Below, one piece after another: positions 13,443 to 27,005 of a DNA stretch of 64,000 nucleotides (position 1 is its first letter; every line of letters starts with the position of its first letter). Below the pieces are notes generated by a model. The model did not search any database and was not told where the DNA came from. It saw nothing but the letters and a program-made list of their open reading frames with translations. The position numbers were made by a program, and so were the translations under genes. The stretch lies in the NCBI GenBank assembly GCA_951406725.2, contig OX597827.1:55614001-55678000 (forward strand), in the 5' to 3' direction. The stretch is from Octopus vulgaris. Taxonomy: Eukaryota.

Positions 13443-15482
13443 CTGAAATTTGCATAGAAAATACAAAAATAAATTTAGACATTGTATAATAATATGACAT
13501 TAAAATGAAACCAACAGCTACAACTTCATGATTCACGAGAATATGCTGCAGTGATTATGGCTGGAACGATTTGAGTGGTTTGATAAAACTTGACCTGGGT
13601 TAAATAACTTGCCTTCACTGGTTAGAGCAGTAAATAAACCAGTTTGCTATTTACAGCTAGACAAAATACTGCCTTGCCATATTTATTCTATTTTATAAGG
13701 TAGCCATCTAGCAGAATCATTAGCATGTTGGACAGTTCGCCTGTCTTTATGTTCCGAGTTCAAATTCCACCGAGGTAGACTTTGCCTTTCATCTTTTCGG
13801 CATTGACAAAATAAGTACCAGTTGAGTATTAGGGTTGATGTATTTGACTTAACTCCTCTGGAATTGCTGGTCTTGTGCCAAAATTTTAAATATTTATCCT
13901 ATCTTGTGTTCTGAGTTTAAACCCCACCAAGGTCAGCTTCGCCTTTTACTTCTTGGGTCAATATAGTACTAGTGAAGTGTGGTGGACTGGCAGAAACATT
14001 AGAGCATCAGACAGTACTGTGTGACATCTGTTCTCAATCTGCATTTTAACTTCCAGTCCCACCATGGCCTACATAAGTGAAAGGCTTGACCTTTTGTTAC
14101 CAAACCATCAGAGACTGCCTCTGGTTCTAGGATACAAATTTCTTGTTTAAATTAATCTAAATTAAAAAACTCTCCAAAATTTCATTTTAATAAATTCTTC
14201 ATTATTTTCAAAATTAATTGAAACAAAAGCAGCGTATTTTAACAGAAATATGGTAACAAATGGATTAATCCATTGCCTGGCACTTGGATGCCTTTAGCAG
14301 AGCCTATTCTATTGCAAATGTATAGGCCAAGTCTCTGCTTTGAGCATATCTTTCCTATTAGATTTGGAAGCACTGCAATAAATTCATAGAAACTGGCATG
14401 AGGCAAAACATCTGAAGATTCTTTCTCAACTTTCATCTCAGGAAGACGTGGGATGAAGTGGTGAGAAAAGATCTCCAGGCATTGGGCCCCATAGAGGGGA
14501 TGATAAAGGACTGAGACTTCTGGTGGTCTGTTGTACTTGAGAAGACGCACCAAGCTAAGTAAAATCATGGTTGTTTTTGCATACAGGCATGTCCCTCTAC
14601 ATTGCTCTTCAGCTGAGCAGTCCTAACCTTGCAGGCTCATGGGTAAAAAGCACTCATGCCAGTGCCACATAAAAGCACCCAATACACTTTGTAAAGTGGT
14701 TGGCACTAGGAATGGTATCCAACCAAAGAAACCATGCCAAAGTTGACATTGATGCTCGATGCAGTCCTGGGGCTCACCAGATTCCACCATGCCATTATGG
14801 AAAATGGATGTAAAATGATGATGATGATGATGATGACATTGGCTAAGCAGAAAAAAGCATGGTAACTGGATATATGAATTATTGACTGTTTGGTGAGTAC
14901 ATCAACATTCAGCAATTTGAATATTTGAAACTTAAAATGGACATGCCAAGAGACAGGATCCATTGACATAATTCCTTCTAAGCCATCACTTAGATATTTT
15001 TTTACTGGTTAAATATAAAAATATATTTCAAATGCTTTTATTTTTAATCCCTATTAATCCCCTTCATGATAGTCTATGATTTATTCTAATTTGCAAGTAC
15101 TGAGAAGATGAGAAATCTGTTTCTGGATAGGAGGATACACAGCTACTATCACAACTACTTTTACTTAGAGAGATCAGTACTGCAAGCTAATAAGTCATGT
15201 GACAATTTTACAGTGCTACCATTGGTTGCATCCATATATTGTTCCTTTCAATGGTGGTCAATTAGAGCTAAGTATTATAACTACAAACAAGCACATCAAA
15301 GTTGTAAAGAAACAATATAAGTCATTAATGTGTCAGCTGGTTGCTTAATAGCCTACTGATTCTGTCATTCAGACATGTTGATAATACTTAACTCGGAATA
15401 AATTTCCCATGCTAGAACCAGAACTGAAACAAAGTAAAAAAGCAACACACACACACACACACACACAGACCAATTAACCTAC

Positions 15483-15653
15483 CTCTATTTGTAGATTATT
15501 CAAAGCAGTCATATTTTCAGAAGATAGGATGAAATCCTTTTCATCATCAGCCAAAGCCTGTCTCTCGAAAACAGTGGATGGACTATCATCTATCTGTTTA
15601 AAGACTTCTTGAATTTGTTCTCTGATAATAGTAAATGTTGCAAAACGTTTATT
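15483..15653 (-). CDS. PRC1: PRC1 exon 4 (NKRFATFTIIREQIQEVFKQIDDSPSTVFER...FILSSENMTALNNLQIE)
   Basis: Not in the ORF track; translated by hand. tttctag acceptor, GAG|gtaggt donor, 171 nt. Confidence 0.9.
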
Positions 15654-16780
15654 CTAGAAATAAAATAAAGTTTAAATTAAATGAAAATCACTTTTGATGA
15701 AGCATCACAATTTTTACAGGTGAGGGAAAATAAATACCAGCAATAAATATGCTAGTATATAAGTACTTATTTTAATGATTCTAAAAAAAAAAGAAAACAA
15801 AAGGGGGAAATGCAACATAATTCACTTTTAGTGGTTGAACTTGAAGCAGATAAAGCTATAAGTGATAGTATATAAAACTTAGGAAAAAACAAAAAAACTT
15901 TGGATAGGAAAAGTTGAAAGATGCCTTCAACTTTTTCTCTCCAAAGTGTTTTTAACCTAATATTTATAAATAAATTATTTCTTATTCTTTCAAATTTTCT
16001 AAATCCTTGACCTGAAAAATATGATATTTTAACATAGAAGCAATTTATTCTTTTAAAAAAAACTAAACAAAACCATTGCACATCCATATTTTTCATGCTA
16101 GCATAGGTTAGATGAATATATTATTAAAGTATTATTTTTTACAGTCAGATGCCTTTTGTGTCAATAGCCCTCACTTTCTAAAAATTTTTTGTGAAGAAGT
16201 GAGATCATATTCTAATTGTTTTTAAAAGGTGCAAATCTGGTAGATAGTTCTGGGTTCGAGCCACTGCATGGCACCTTGGGCAAGTGTCTTCTGTTATAAC
16301 CCCAGGTCAATTAAAGTCATGTGGGTGAATCTGGTAGACAAAAACAGAAAGAAGCCCATTATGTGTCTGTATGTGACTTTTTGTCTTGACTGTGTGATAG
16401 TTATGACTGTTACAAGAAGTGTCATGCATTTCCAGTATTCTGTGAGAACATGTCTGGCTTGAAAATGCGAGAGGGTTGGCAACAGAAAGGAGATCTGTCT
16501 GTAAAAAGTCTGTCTCAAACTCCACCCAGTCTACACAAGCATGGAAGAATGAATATTATCCTTTAATATTCACATCATTTTGCAATAATCATTTACTATT
16601 TTGTAGCTATGAGATTTTGATGAGGTACTTGTTAATTTTTAGAATGATATTGTAGGGAAGGTGTGAGAAACCAGATGTGGCCAGTTTAAGTTATACATAC
16701 ATACATACATATAAAATAAAACAAAATGAAATTATTGTGTATAGTGCTCAGATTCCTTGTTATACTAAAGAAGAACAAAC

Positions 16781-17014
16781 CTGCTCAATAGTTAGCTCTT
16801 CAATATGTTTCTCATATTCAGCTAGATCATCGTCTGAAGGAATAGAGCTATGTGATATCTGGAAAGGAGGTATTTTTGTGCGATCACACAAGATCTTCTC
16901 TTGATCTATTAAGTTCTTTAGTGCCACCATACGTGTGTGTTTTTGCTTTGTCAATGTCTCAAGATGATGGAGTAGATCTTTGCGACATTGCAACATTGTC
17001 TGCTTGCTATCAGG
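16781..17014 (-). CDS. PRC1: PRC1 exon 3 (PDSKQTMLQ...EELTIEQ)
   Basis: ttccag acceptor, CAG|gtttgt donor, 234 nt, phase 0/0. Confidence 0.9.
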
Positions 17015-17237
17015 CTGGAAAAAAAATAAATAAATCACATAAAAACCCCAGCATATATATGTATAAATGAAATACATTTAATGTAAGGTTAACTACAAAT
17101 ACATGCAAAAACATAATCTGAGTTCTATAAGAATCTCATTACTGAAGGACAAATTTTTTATTATACATAAGGAGAGGATATATCGATGGTCCAGACCTCC
17201 AGAGGTAAGAGGAAATGTTAATCTAGAGAGAATAAAG

Positions 17238-17585
17238 TTGGAAGCACTCCGTTGGTTACGACGATGAGGGTTCCGGTTGATCCGAATCAACGGAACAGCC
17301 TGCTCGTGAAATTAACGTGTAAGTGGCTGAGCACTCCACAGACACGTGCACCCTTAACGTAGTTCTCGGGGATATTCAGCGTGACACAGAGAGTGACAAG
17401 GCCGGCCCCTTGAAATACAGGAAGTAAGAGTGAGAGAAAGTTGTGAAAGAATACAGCAGGGATCACCACCATCCCCTGCCGGAGCCTCGTGGAGCTTTTA
17501 GGTGTTTTCGCTCAATAAACACTCACAACGCCCAGTCTGGGAATCGAAACTGCGATCCTAACCACTGGGCCATTGCGCTTCCACT
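17238..17585 (-). mobile_element. Same tRNA-SINE family as 53884, with 16-bp TSD
   Basis: Near-identical body; TSD TCTAGAGAGAATA(A/G)AG at 17222-17237 and 17586-17601. Confidence 0.8.
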
Positions 17586-18478
17586 TCTAGAGAGAATAGA
17601 GCTCTAAACAATGAATTATGAAAACATTTTTAGAATATGTCACAGATAACAAAAAACAAAACAAAAGACCCCAAAAGTGAAAATTATGTTAACTGATCAA
17701 TTTTTTAAAAATGAAGAAACAGTTGATATATTTGAAACCAGTATATTAGTGATAACTATTCTCACCAACCCGACAAGAAATGTCGATCTAACTTGATAAG
17801 ATTTAAATTGATCAGTGAAGTATTTGAAAACATCCAAGTTGGTTCTTTACTGCCTCATCTGTTTTTCTACCTTCCAGACAAAAAATAAAATGAATTGAGA
17901 TACTGATTTCTTTTGTCAAAGTACAAAATGTATTTTTTGCCTGTTTTTGGCAAAAGAATTTTTTTAATGTATAATGTCAACCCTAAATCTGAGTTTTATC
18001 ACTTTTCTAAGAAGATTGAGATAATTGTAATTATCTGGAAACTGGCTGTTTATTGAATAAAGCTGTATCCCTTGACTAAAAGTACAATATAATGTTTACA
18101 TTGCTGCGGTCATTATCCCAGCAATTTAATGCTGGCAGAAATGCTTAGTGGTATTTCACCTGTCTTTACGTTCTGAGTTCAAATTTCACTGAGGTCGACT
18201 TTGCCTTTCATCCTTTCGGGGTCAATAAATTAAGTACCAGTTGCATACTGGAGTCGATCTAATTGACTGGCCTAAGTTTAACATTAAGTGGAGAAGATTT
18301 CTAAAACACATATTCTAAGAGAAATTTTAATATAAAGTGAAATGATTCAGCAGAGCAACTAAAAATGCTTTGCAGGAAAACATTGCTGCTGTACTATTTC
18401 ATATTTCACTTAAATAATGAAAGTAACAGCTGCCAGATCTTGTTACAGAAGAAAAAAAATAACAAAAATCCACTTTAC

Positions 18479-18734
18479 TTCATATACGGGAACTGATAAT
18501 TCTTTGCTGAGAATCTTCAACTTTTCTTTAATATCTGTTATTTTCCCAATAAGGGTATCTTTCACATCAGTTTCCTGTTGCACCATATCTTCAAAGAGGC
18601 TTTCCACATGCTGCAACACACTGTTACATCGCTCACTTCGTTGATCAGCCGCAAAACCAATCTCGTTCCATATACTCTCCAACTGTTGTAAGGAAGTCTC
18701 TACTACCTCATTCAGAACCTGAGATAAGGTATCA
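18479..18734 (-). CDS. PRC1: PRC1 exon 2 (DTLSQVLNEVVETSLQQLESIWNEIG...ELSVPVYE)
   Basis: tttcag acceptor, GAA|gtaaag donor, 256 nt; PRC1 N-terminal dimerisation helices. Confidence 0.93.
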
Positions 18735-21700
18735 CTGAAAAAGAAAAATGGTTTATGAGTTTTCTCTATTCCTATAGACATTGACAAAAGATGGTGCACC
18801 TTATAAAACATGTCAATAAATAACTCCGGTTAAAAATACATTTTTATGCCTTAACCCTTATACCTACCCTACAATGTGAACAATTACATAATTAAAACCT
18901 CAAAGCTAAAAGATAATGCAAGAGTAATTCAAAATGTGCATAAATAAGCAATACATTTGACAGAATAATTTGAATGCTAAAGGGTCAAGTAAATTTATGA
19001 TATAGTGATACCACTAATGCCCACTGAAAATATTAACTCTTTAGCATTCAAATATAATACCTATTTATTCACGTTTTAAAAAATTTATCATATATTATCT
19101 TGTAGCAGAGATTTCAAAGATGTTCTTGTTTATTTTTTAGAATGACATTGCAGGGTAGTTGTGAGAGGCCAGCTCTGACTAGTATGAACATAAGACAGAA
19201 TATTTGGGCCGAATACAGCCAGTTTAAATGGTTAAAGGTTAATCATCTTGGTTTCGATGCAAAATTTTAAAAAAACTTATCAAAACAATTTTATACATCA
19301 TCATCCTTTAACGCCCGCTTTCCATGCTGGCAAGCCAGAAGGCTGCACCAGGCTCCAATCTGATCTGGTAAAGTTTCTACAGCTGGATGACCTTCCTAAC
19401 ACCAACCACTCCAAAAGTGTAGTGGGTGCTTTTTACGTACCACCGGTACTAGGGCCTGTCAGGCAATACTGGCACTGACCATGTTTGGATGGTGCATTCT
19501 ATGTGCCACCAGCACGAGAGCCAGTCAGGTGACACTGGCAACAACCACGTTCAAATGGTGCTTTTTTGCCACCGGCATCAGCCACGTTAGAATGGTGCTT
19601 TTTACATGCTACCGGCACAGTGTCTATATAATTTCTAATTTCAACACAAGTTAATTTTACAAAAACCAGTGGGGGTTGCTTGCAAGCCACTTGTATAAAA
19701 TTTATAAATCAAAAATTTATGAATTCTCCATAAAATAGGCTTTAGGAATTGTAGCAGATTAAGGCAGTCTGGGTGTTTGGACTTTTCCATAGAACTAAAT
19801 TACATGAGATCCTTTGTATCATCAGGAACAATCAAAGTAAAAGAGGTACAAATGTTTATTATTCCAATATTTAGCCAATGTTTACCTTCAAATTAAGAAA
19901 ATATATACAGAACATCTTGTTAATTCTACATCTGGCATTCTTTCGATATAGCTCAAAATCAAAACATTTCACTTTGGCTATTTCTGAAGAAGCAAATGAC
20001 AGTTTGATTCTGTTTTCTGCTTGGAAATTTGTGGATTTTACATACACACATGAAACAGGTAAGAACAAATATGCAAGGCTTTTTTTATTTCAAGTTTAAA
20101 ATGAGACATTGCTGGCATAATTTCGTTATATCTATACTCCACAACAGACGGAAATATCCGAAGTGAAATGTTTTGATTTTGTTGAGCTATATCGAAGAAA
20201 TGCCCTACATCCTTATAAATGCTGTGAAACAAAGAAAATCTAGTATTGATATTTTTACATTAATACGTAAAAATATTAATATTTTTACGTGTCGGTGGCA
20301 CGTAAAAAGCACCATCCAAATCGTGGCCGAAGCCAGTGCCGCCTCGACTGGCTTCCGTGCAGGTGGCACGTAAAATGCACCAATCCGACCGTGGCCGATG
20401 CCAGCCTCACCTGGCACCAGTGCAGGTGGCACGTAAAAAGCACCCACTACACTCACGGAGTGGTTGGCGTTAGGAAGGGCATCCAGCTGTAGAAACATTG
20501 CCAGATAAGACCGGAGCCTGGTGCAGCCTTCTGGCTTCCCAGATCCCTGGTTGAACCGTCCAACCCATGGAGAACGGACGTTAGATGATGATGATAAAGT
20601 GAAATTAGAGAGTTATTGGCATGCATATTGTGTTCCAACTATGATCAAGATTATGTTGTGAAATCTGTCAAAAAATTAACTCTGCAGAACAAAGTTTATT
20701 GCACAAGCATAATAAAATGTAAAACCTATTTTCGCATCTTATTTCCACATTTTTTTTATTTTTATGAAGGTATAAGTTCAGTTTCAAACCAAAATAAAAG
20801 TATTTCTGTTTTATTAAATACACACCAAACCATGTACAGAGGTGTTATGATAGCTCAAGCGAGACTAACTGTTCAAAATACTGTTATAAACATAATTCAT
20901 CAATTCACAATTGTGCAGATAGCAACCTAAAACCCTTGTACCATCTCGTCAAAGCCACATTATCAAACAGATGTAGGAAAAACAAAAAGAAAAAAAAAAA
21001 CCCACCTAGATATAAAAGTTTTGCATCAATTTTAAACCAATGCTTTGAAACATTAAATTCTACATCCTTAGAAATGCAACACACACTTTTTATTACTATT
21101 CTTAAGAAATGTCACAAATGTAAGAGAAACAAAAAATTAGGCCAGATAAAACATCTGGTGAGTCAAGCAGGATAACAGTTGTCAAGATTAATTTTTTTTT
21201 TATCTGTAATTGGCAGTGTTCCACACCCAACAGAAGTTAAAAGTGGAGGGAAAAACAAACAGAAAATTGTATTCTACTAGCTGATGTATCCAGCATTGCC
21301 CGAGTGCTAAATATATAGAAAGCTTCTTTTTTGTTAAACTTATAGCAAGTTTAATCATATAATTCTTTCTCTTCTTTTATTCTTTTTTTTTACTTGTTTA
21401 TTTGACTGCGGCCATGCTAAAGCACTGCCTTTCGTTGAACAAACTGACCCCAGGACTTATTCTTTGTAAGCCTAGTACTTATTCTATCATCTCTTTTGCC
21501 GAACTGTGAAGTTAAACGTAACATCAGTTGTCAAGCGATGGTGGCAGGGACAAACACAGACACACAAATATATTCATACACACACACACATCAGGCTTCT
21601 TTCAGCTTCCATCTACCAAATCCACTCACAAGGCTTTAGTCAGCCTGAGGCTATAGTAGAAGACACGTGTCCAACGTACCACACAGTGAGACTGAACCCG

Positions 21701-22199
21701 TGGCATGTGTCTTTAATTGTAATGTAGATACACGTTTAAAGCAGAATATTTTTTCCACTTCATAAAAGAGTAAAAGAGAACAAGCCAGATGGTAAAGCTG
21801 CTCCGGAATGTTGAAAGTGGATATCTATCCTTCTTGCACAAGGCCTGATGTACTAAATGATATCACTTCAAAGCAATTATATTTATCTATATCATTTCGA
21901 ACATAATAATATGAAGTCTGAATATTTTAAAAGCATATTTGTATGTGGGACAATTATTTTCTACCTTCCATGATACTTGAAAGCTCAGACAAACTTCTTT
22001 TTTTAAATATGATTTTTACAGCATTTCAATATATACTGTTTTAACATTGTTGTCTCAGAGAGGTGTGAAAGAAAGTGCTTGTGAGGGACAAAGAGAATTG
22101 GAGTAAAACAGAGAAAAAGGAGTGGTGAAGAAAAGGGAAGAGAAAAAGAAAGAAATTAAAGAGAAACTGAAAGAGAAAAAACATTTTTGTTGCTTAAAC

Positions 22200-23280
22200 T
22201 AACAATCCTTGTCTATAATCACTTCATTACAACTATCAGCCTTTCAATATCTCTTTTTTGGATCTTCTTGCTTTCATGAGGCAAGATGGGGTGATGACAT
22301 ACAGAGGACGAAACAGTTGCATCACAAACCTACAAGACTGCATCCACAAAAAGTGCATTTAAGTGAATGGCAAAGATTCCCTACACTTCAACTACTGATT
22401 CAAAGAAGTTTGTCTCTTCTTTATCCCGAATAGACTAGCTGCATACTATATGCCTTTACCATCACACTCAAATGTCAATTCCCAGATATTGCACTAAACA
22501 CTTTGCCCTCCTACCCAACCATTTGGACACCTCATGCCTTCCAACAGTTATTAGCACAAGTGTTCTCATTGAAACAGCTAAAAAGTTTCTGCAAATTGTG
22601 CTCACACTTCAATGCCACCACTCCCTAAATCTAACAGACAAAACACCGATGTTCTCAATGCTATACCTTCTTAATAAAGATTAGATCCTGTTCAATAAGA
22701 GACAGAATATTTATCTGCTAATAAATTAAATGCGATATCTTATTTTACAAGACATGCACAAAGGGCTACCTAACTCCAGATCTAAAATTAAGCTATGATA
22801 ACTGAACAAGCACATGAAATTTACTACAATATATAAAAGCTGGAGATAAGTACTACAGAAGAGAAGGGAAACTGGAACTTGCCACCAAAGAAAAGTGTAC
22901 TCAAAGGAAAAGTCAGTAGCGCCAGTGGAGAGCTTCTTCAAATGCAGCCACTTCATACAAGACTGCCACTCCCGTGTGGGTCTGTACAGTCAGAGCTGAC
23001 ACTGCACCAACCTCAGCAGCTGGCACAAAATTCTCCAGGAGCAGATCCATGGTCTTTCAATACCAACATGCCTATCTATAAACTTTTCAATATACCCCTT
23101 CTGGTTCCTGAGGAACCACTTGTAAGCTCAAAGCTCAAAAACATCATTAAAGATTTTTTAACAGCTGTGATATTCAATAGGGTTAATGTTACTGTCATAG
23201 ATGAAGGAAATTCCTGTGCAGCTAGCAACTATCTCAACTTAATCCATAATTCCAAACAGACAAAAATCATTAAACAGGGG
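22200..23280 (+). pseudogene. Highly decayed Helitron Rep/Pif1-helicase-like remnant
   Basis: Weak motifs in the expected order: RL..KVHL, GLP, EQ..IY, SSASG, YKLFNIPL, VTVIDEG (Walker B-like). Confidence 0.4.
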
Positions 23281-25955
23281 ATGCTGGAAATATTGATCTA
23301 ACCATGATAGTAACCAATACTTGTATTGTGTAACAATTTTCCCAAATTCAATACAGCCCCATTGGTGTATAGATCCAATTATTGCTTCAGTAAGGAGCAA
23401 GTATTGAAGGGATGACCTCAAAAGGTCAGAACTTATGAATGAGATGACAGAAGATTGAGATATGTGGCACATTGCTGTATGAGAAGGCACACCCACCACA
23501 ACAGAATTGAGATTCTAAAACCAAGGTGCCACATAAAAAGCATTGGTGTGGGTGCTGGTGCACATAAAAAGCACCCAGAACACTATGGAGTGGCTGACAT
23601 AAGGAAAGGGCATCAATACCCTCTAGTAGCTCACACAAAAAAAGCTAAGTAATAACTTTAGAACACCAACAGAATATAACATTGGAAACTAAATTGCCCT
23701 TCAATTTCAATTCAAGCAGTAAAGGCTCAAGCTTTTTGAGCAATTAATTCTTAACAGAATCTCATCCATTAAGGAGCAACACTAAATTAAAGAACAAAGC
23801 TGGAATCATTGTGGAAAGTCAGCTACTTAATATATATATAGAAAAGGGGTTTGAACAACAAATTACAGGAACAGTTTTTGTTGAATGAACAGTTACTGTA
23901 CAATTACCAAAAAAGTTACACAACTGACATTTACAAATATGGCTTATCAAGTGTTATAAGAAACAGATGCTGAACAGCAAAAAGAGCACAATAGAAAACT
24001 ACAAAATAGTCTACTCTACTTGAAGATAGCATGGTAAGCATTTTTGTTTGCCATTTGCAGAAATGACTATGTTGCTTCAACCAATCTAAGGCCCTTGCTG
24101 TAAAGACAATGAAAATTCCTACGTTTCATTTAAGAAACAAAGAAGCAACTAGTTGTCTCAGGTCCAATGACAATGATCTTTACCAACCGGCTGACAGTGC
24201 TTCATCTAATAACTGAAGACATGTTGCCAGCAATGCTGGTAAATGAAAAAACAGAGGTTTGATGAAAATGTTTCATAACACACAATGTTGTAAATATTTT
24301 TTAAAGAATCTACCTGTATACAATCTTATAGGCAAAAACTGGTAAAAATCAGATACCGAAGTCGGTTTCAACAGAAAATCGACAGGAAATGGGTGAAAAT
24401 GACAACTGCACTGGATTTGGGCTAACCATAGTTACCAAGATGAGATAGGGACAGTCTAAATTACGCTGATTTGCCATTTATTGGATTCCTCTTATTTAAA
24501 GGATTTGAAAAATAACACAGTGAAACAAGATAGTGTAAAAAAGTGAAATGAAATAAACTGAACATCGACCAATCTTTGACTTAAAAGATGACAAACAACG
24601 ATGGACAGGCAGGTGCTTTCAAGCTGAAAAATTATCTGCACTGTTTTTGATGGACTCAGGTTGTTGAAGTTATGCATTGGATCTTTGGAGAGGATGAGCA
24701 TAAAAAAAAGACATTTTCTTATTCTCGTTGAAAATGTTGAGAATCATCCAGATAATTTAGTTATAGATTGCTCCAGGACCACTCGTTTTTGTCGAACATG
24801 TAGGCAGCTTATTCGAGCTTCAACGATTTTAAGCTACGTATATTTGGTGTTTAACGAAACGTTGATCAAAGTGTAATAAAAATTAAATACATCGCATGCA
24901 AAATAGAGGATTACAACACACATATATTATCAATTATTACATTACATTCAATTCGCCATCCCTTATTCGTTTCTTTATCCATTATATTTTCCTTTACGTT
25001 TCAGGTATACTGAAGACCCTTTTTGTCATTGCTTCAATTTACGTAAACAGTGTTGGGGAAAACAAAGAGTTGTCAGACTTATTTACAAAAAGTGTGTGAA
25101 TGGAAGCGGCTGCTATTGCCTTCAACTTTATGTTGCTAATTATATCCTACAGGATACTTTTCAATTTTTGGAACAGAATAACCACAGCTATTTACTTGTA
25201 ACTTTTTTTTATAAACAAATTTCATGCAAATCATCTGCTTAGCTCTTTAAAATATCAAACAAGAAATGTTTTTGTTAAAGTTATTTTAGTATTTTACCTG
25301 CGGGAGGGAGGGAGAGAGAGGTAAGTAACTTGACCGTTACTATTTGTTGAGGGAAACCGGTCGACCTGGGCTATTTTTCGTGGGCGTAAAACGAAAGTGT
25401 AAAAAGCCAAAGAAAAGAATACCGTATATGTAAAAAGCGAATAAGTTAAATGAGATGTGGTATCAGATTAAAGATTATGCATTGAAACAAGTTGTGGTCA
25501 TTTGAAACTAGTTCAAAACTACACTACATACACGACGGAGATAAAGTATACGTACACCACTCGTTTTCGGCGTAACAAAAATCCTAACCTTAACTTTAAA
25601 CACCGGGTGTTCGTATTCTTCACTTGTTCTATTTCTTTTGCGATACTTTTCTAAATCATTCATAAGCGTACTTATGTACTCGGACCTTGAATTTTGTTAT
25701 AACGTTTCATGTCTACCAAGTTAGTAAACCAAGAGAATGTAGTCGTTTGATTTAACCACAAATTAATACTGATTATTATATGAACTAATAAGGGAATATC
25801 TAAGCAGTCGTTCGACTTACTATAAATAACAGCCATATTTCCTTCCAAATCACACATCACAATCTTACAAAAAAAAAAAGACGAAAAAAATTACACAATA
25901 TAGTTAGAGGTTGATATAATTTTCACTTATTTTTAACATTAAAGTTAAACTAGAT

Positions 25956-26269
25956 CAGTGGTTTTCAACCCTGAGGGTCCATATATCTTTTTGGGGTGTG
26001 TGAGGGGGGTTCAATATAAAATAGGGATACCCAAAATAGTAAATTGGGGACCCACACAAGTTTTTTTAAGGGCTCCTGAAATAAATTTTACTTTAGATAT
26101 AAGTAATGGAAGGTTTCTTTCTCTAACATTTTACATAGTTCAACCTATGTGTAAAACAAAATAGATATTTGAAAGGAGTTTCTATAAACGTCTAAAGACT
26201 TTGAGGGTCCACCAAAATAAAATAGTAATCAAAGGGATCCATAAGTAAAAAAAAATATTCGAACCCTTG
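25956..26269. mobile_element. hAT/Charlie-like MITE
   Basis: CAGTGGTTTTCAAC start, decayed GAACCCTTG end, flanks AACTAGAT / AACTATAT. A similar decayed copy lies at 42269-42555. Confidence 0.6.
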
Positions 26270-26706
26270 AACTATATATAAATATATATATAAAAGTGTA
26301 GCTCCAAGTCAATAGACTGCGCGACTTAACGGTTTGAAAACAAAAATTCGTTATCACTGAACTCCAGAGGTATATTCTAATTAAATCAGCTCAAAATATT
26401 CACTATATAGTCAATGAGAGAAGTGTGACCAAATATATAAATGACAAAAATAAAGTAATCTGAGAAAGAGTTAGAATACTATCTAGTATATAAATATATA
26501 TAAAAGCACATTTTATCTAGTATACAAACACACATATTTGAAGCGCGTGAATATTGTGTTGAGCGAAAAGAAAAAAAAACATCAGTAATTTTGGTGAGGT
26601 TTCTCTTACATTTGACAAGAAAACAGAGACACACACAAATTTTTAGCAGTTCGATGCTTATATCATTTCTATATCAAAATAAAAGAGAGAAATTTGACGA
26701 ACTTAC

Positions 26707-26768
26707 GCGGGCATATTTTCGTTTTTATTCGCAATTTTAAATTTCGTGCCAGTTGACGTCGCCGCCAT
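26707..26768 (-). CDS. PRC1: PRC1 coding exon 1 (MAATSTGTKFKIANKNENMP + GC)
   Basis: ATG at 26768 and a GC|gtaagt donor. Phase 2 fits exon 2 (GC+T = Ala). CpG-rich context. The downstream ATG at 26714 is an alternative start. Confidence 0.75.
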
Positions 26769-26789
26769 CCATTCAACTAATAAGTAATA

Positions 26790-27005
26790 TAATCACGTGA
26801 CGTACAACAAGCTTTACAATTGGTCAGTTTGAATTTGAGGAGCTGGAAGTAAATAGTGTGAAAGGGGAGTTAAGCTAGAGCCGGCTTTTAGCTTTATTAT
26901 GGGTCAAAAAAAACATTAATTGTTATGTAAAGGAGGCAACGTAATAACGTTGTCTCTTTCTCTCTCTCTTTTTCGAATTTGCCGCTTCGTCATCCAATTG
27001 GTTGG
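26790..27005 (-). promoter_or_regulatory. Putative PRC1 proximal promoter with cell-cycle-type motifs
   Basis: CACGTG 26794, TGACGTA 26798, ATTGG 26819, TTTGAA 26828, TTCGAA 26972, TTTGCCGC 26978, CCAAT 26994; CpG-enriched. Confidence 0.5.

Larger units (their letters stand above)
1808..26768 (-). other. PRC1: Gene span: PRC1 (protein regulator of cytokinesis 1, MAP65/Ase1 family); 10 coding exons, 3' end outside window
   Basis: Exons 26768-26707, 18734-18479, 17014-16781, 15653-15483, 13442-13293, 11108-10958, 9616-9480, 8905-8810, 3532-3386 and 1936-1808 join in frame (1533 nt), all GT-AG. Contains LESIWNEIG and the family signature [30 protein letters not shown]. Confidence 0.95.

Noticed and set aside
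21274-21320. Helitron-like 3' end (hairpin plus CTAG, minus strand) as the terminus of the 22200-23280 remnant
   Set aside because: Orientation is opposite to the helicase-like remnant and the sequence is too decayed to link.
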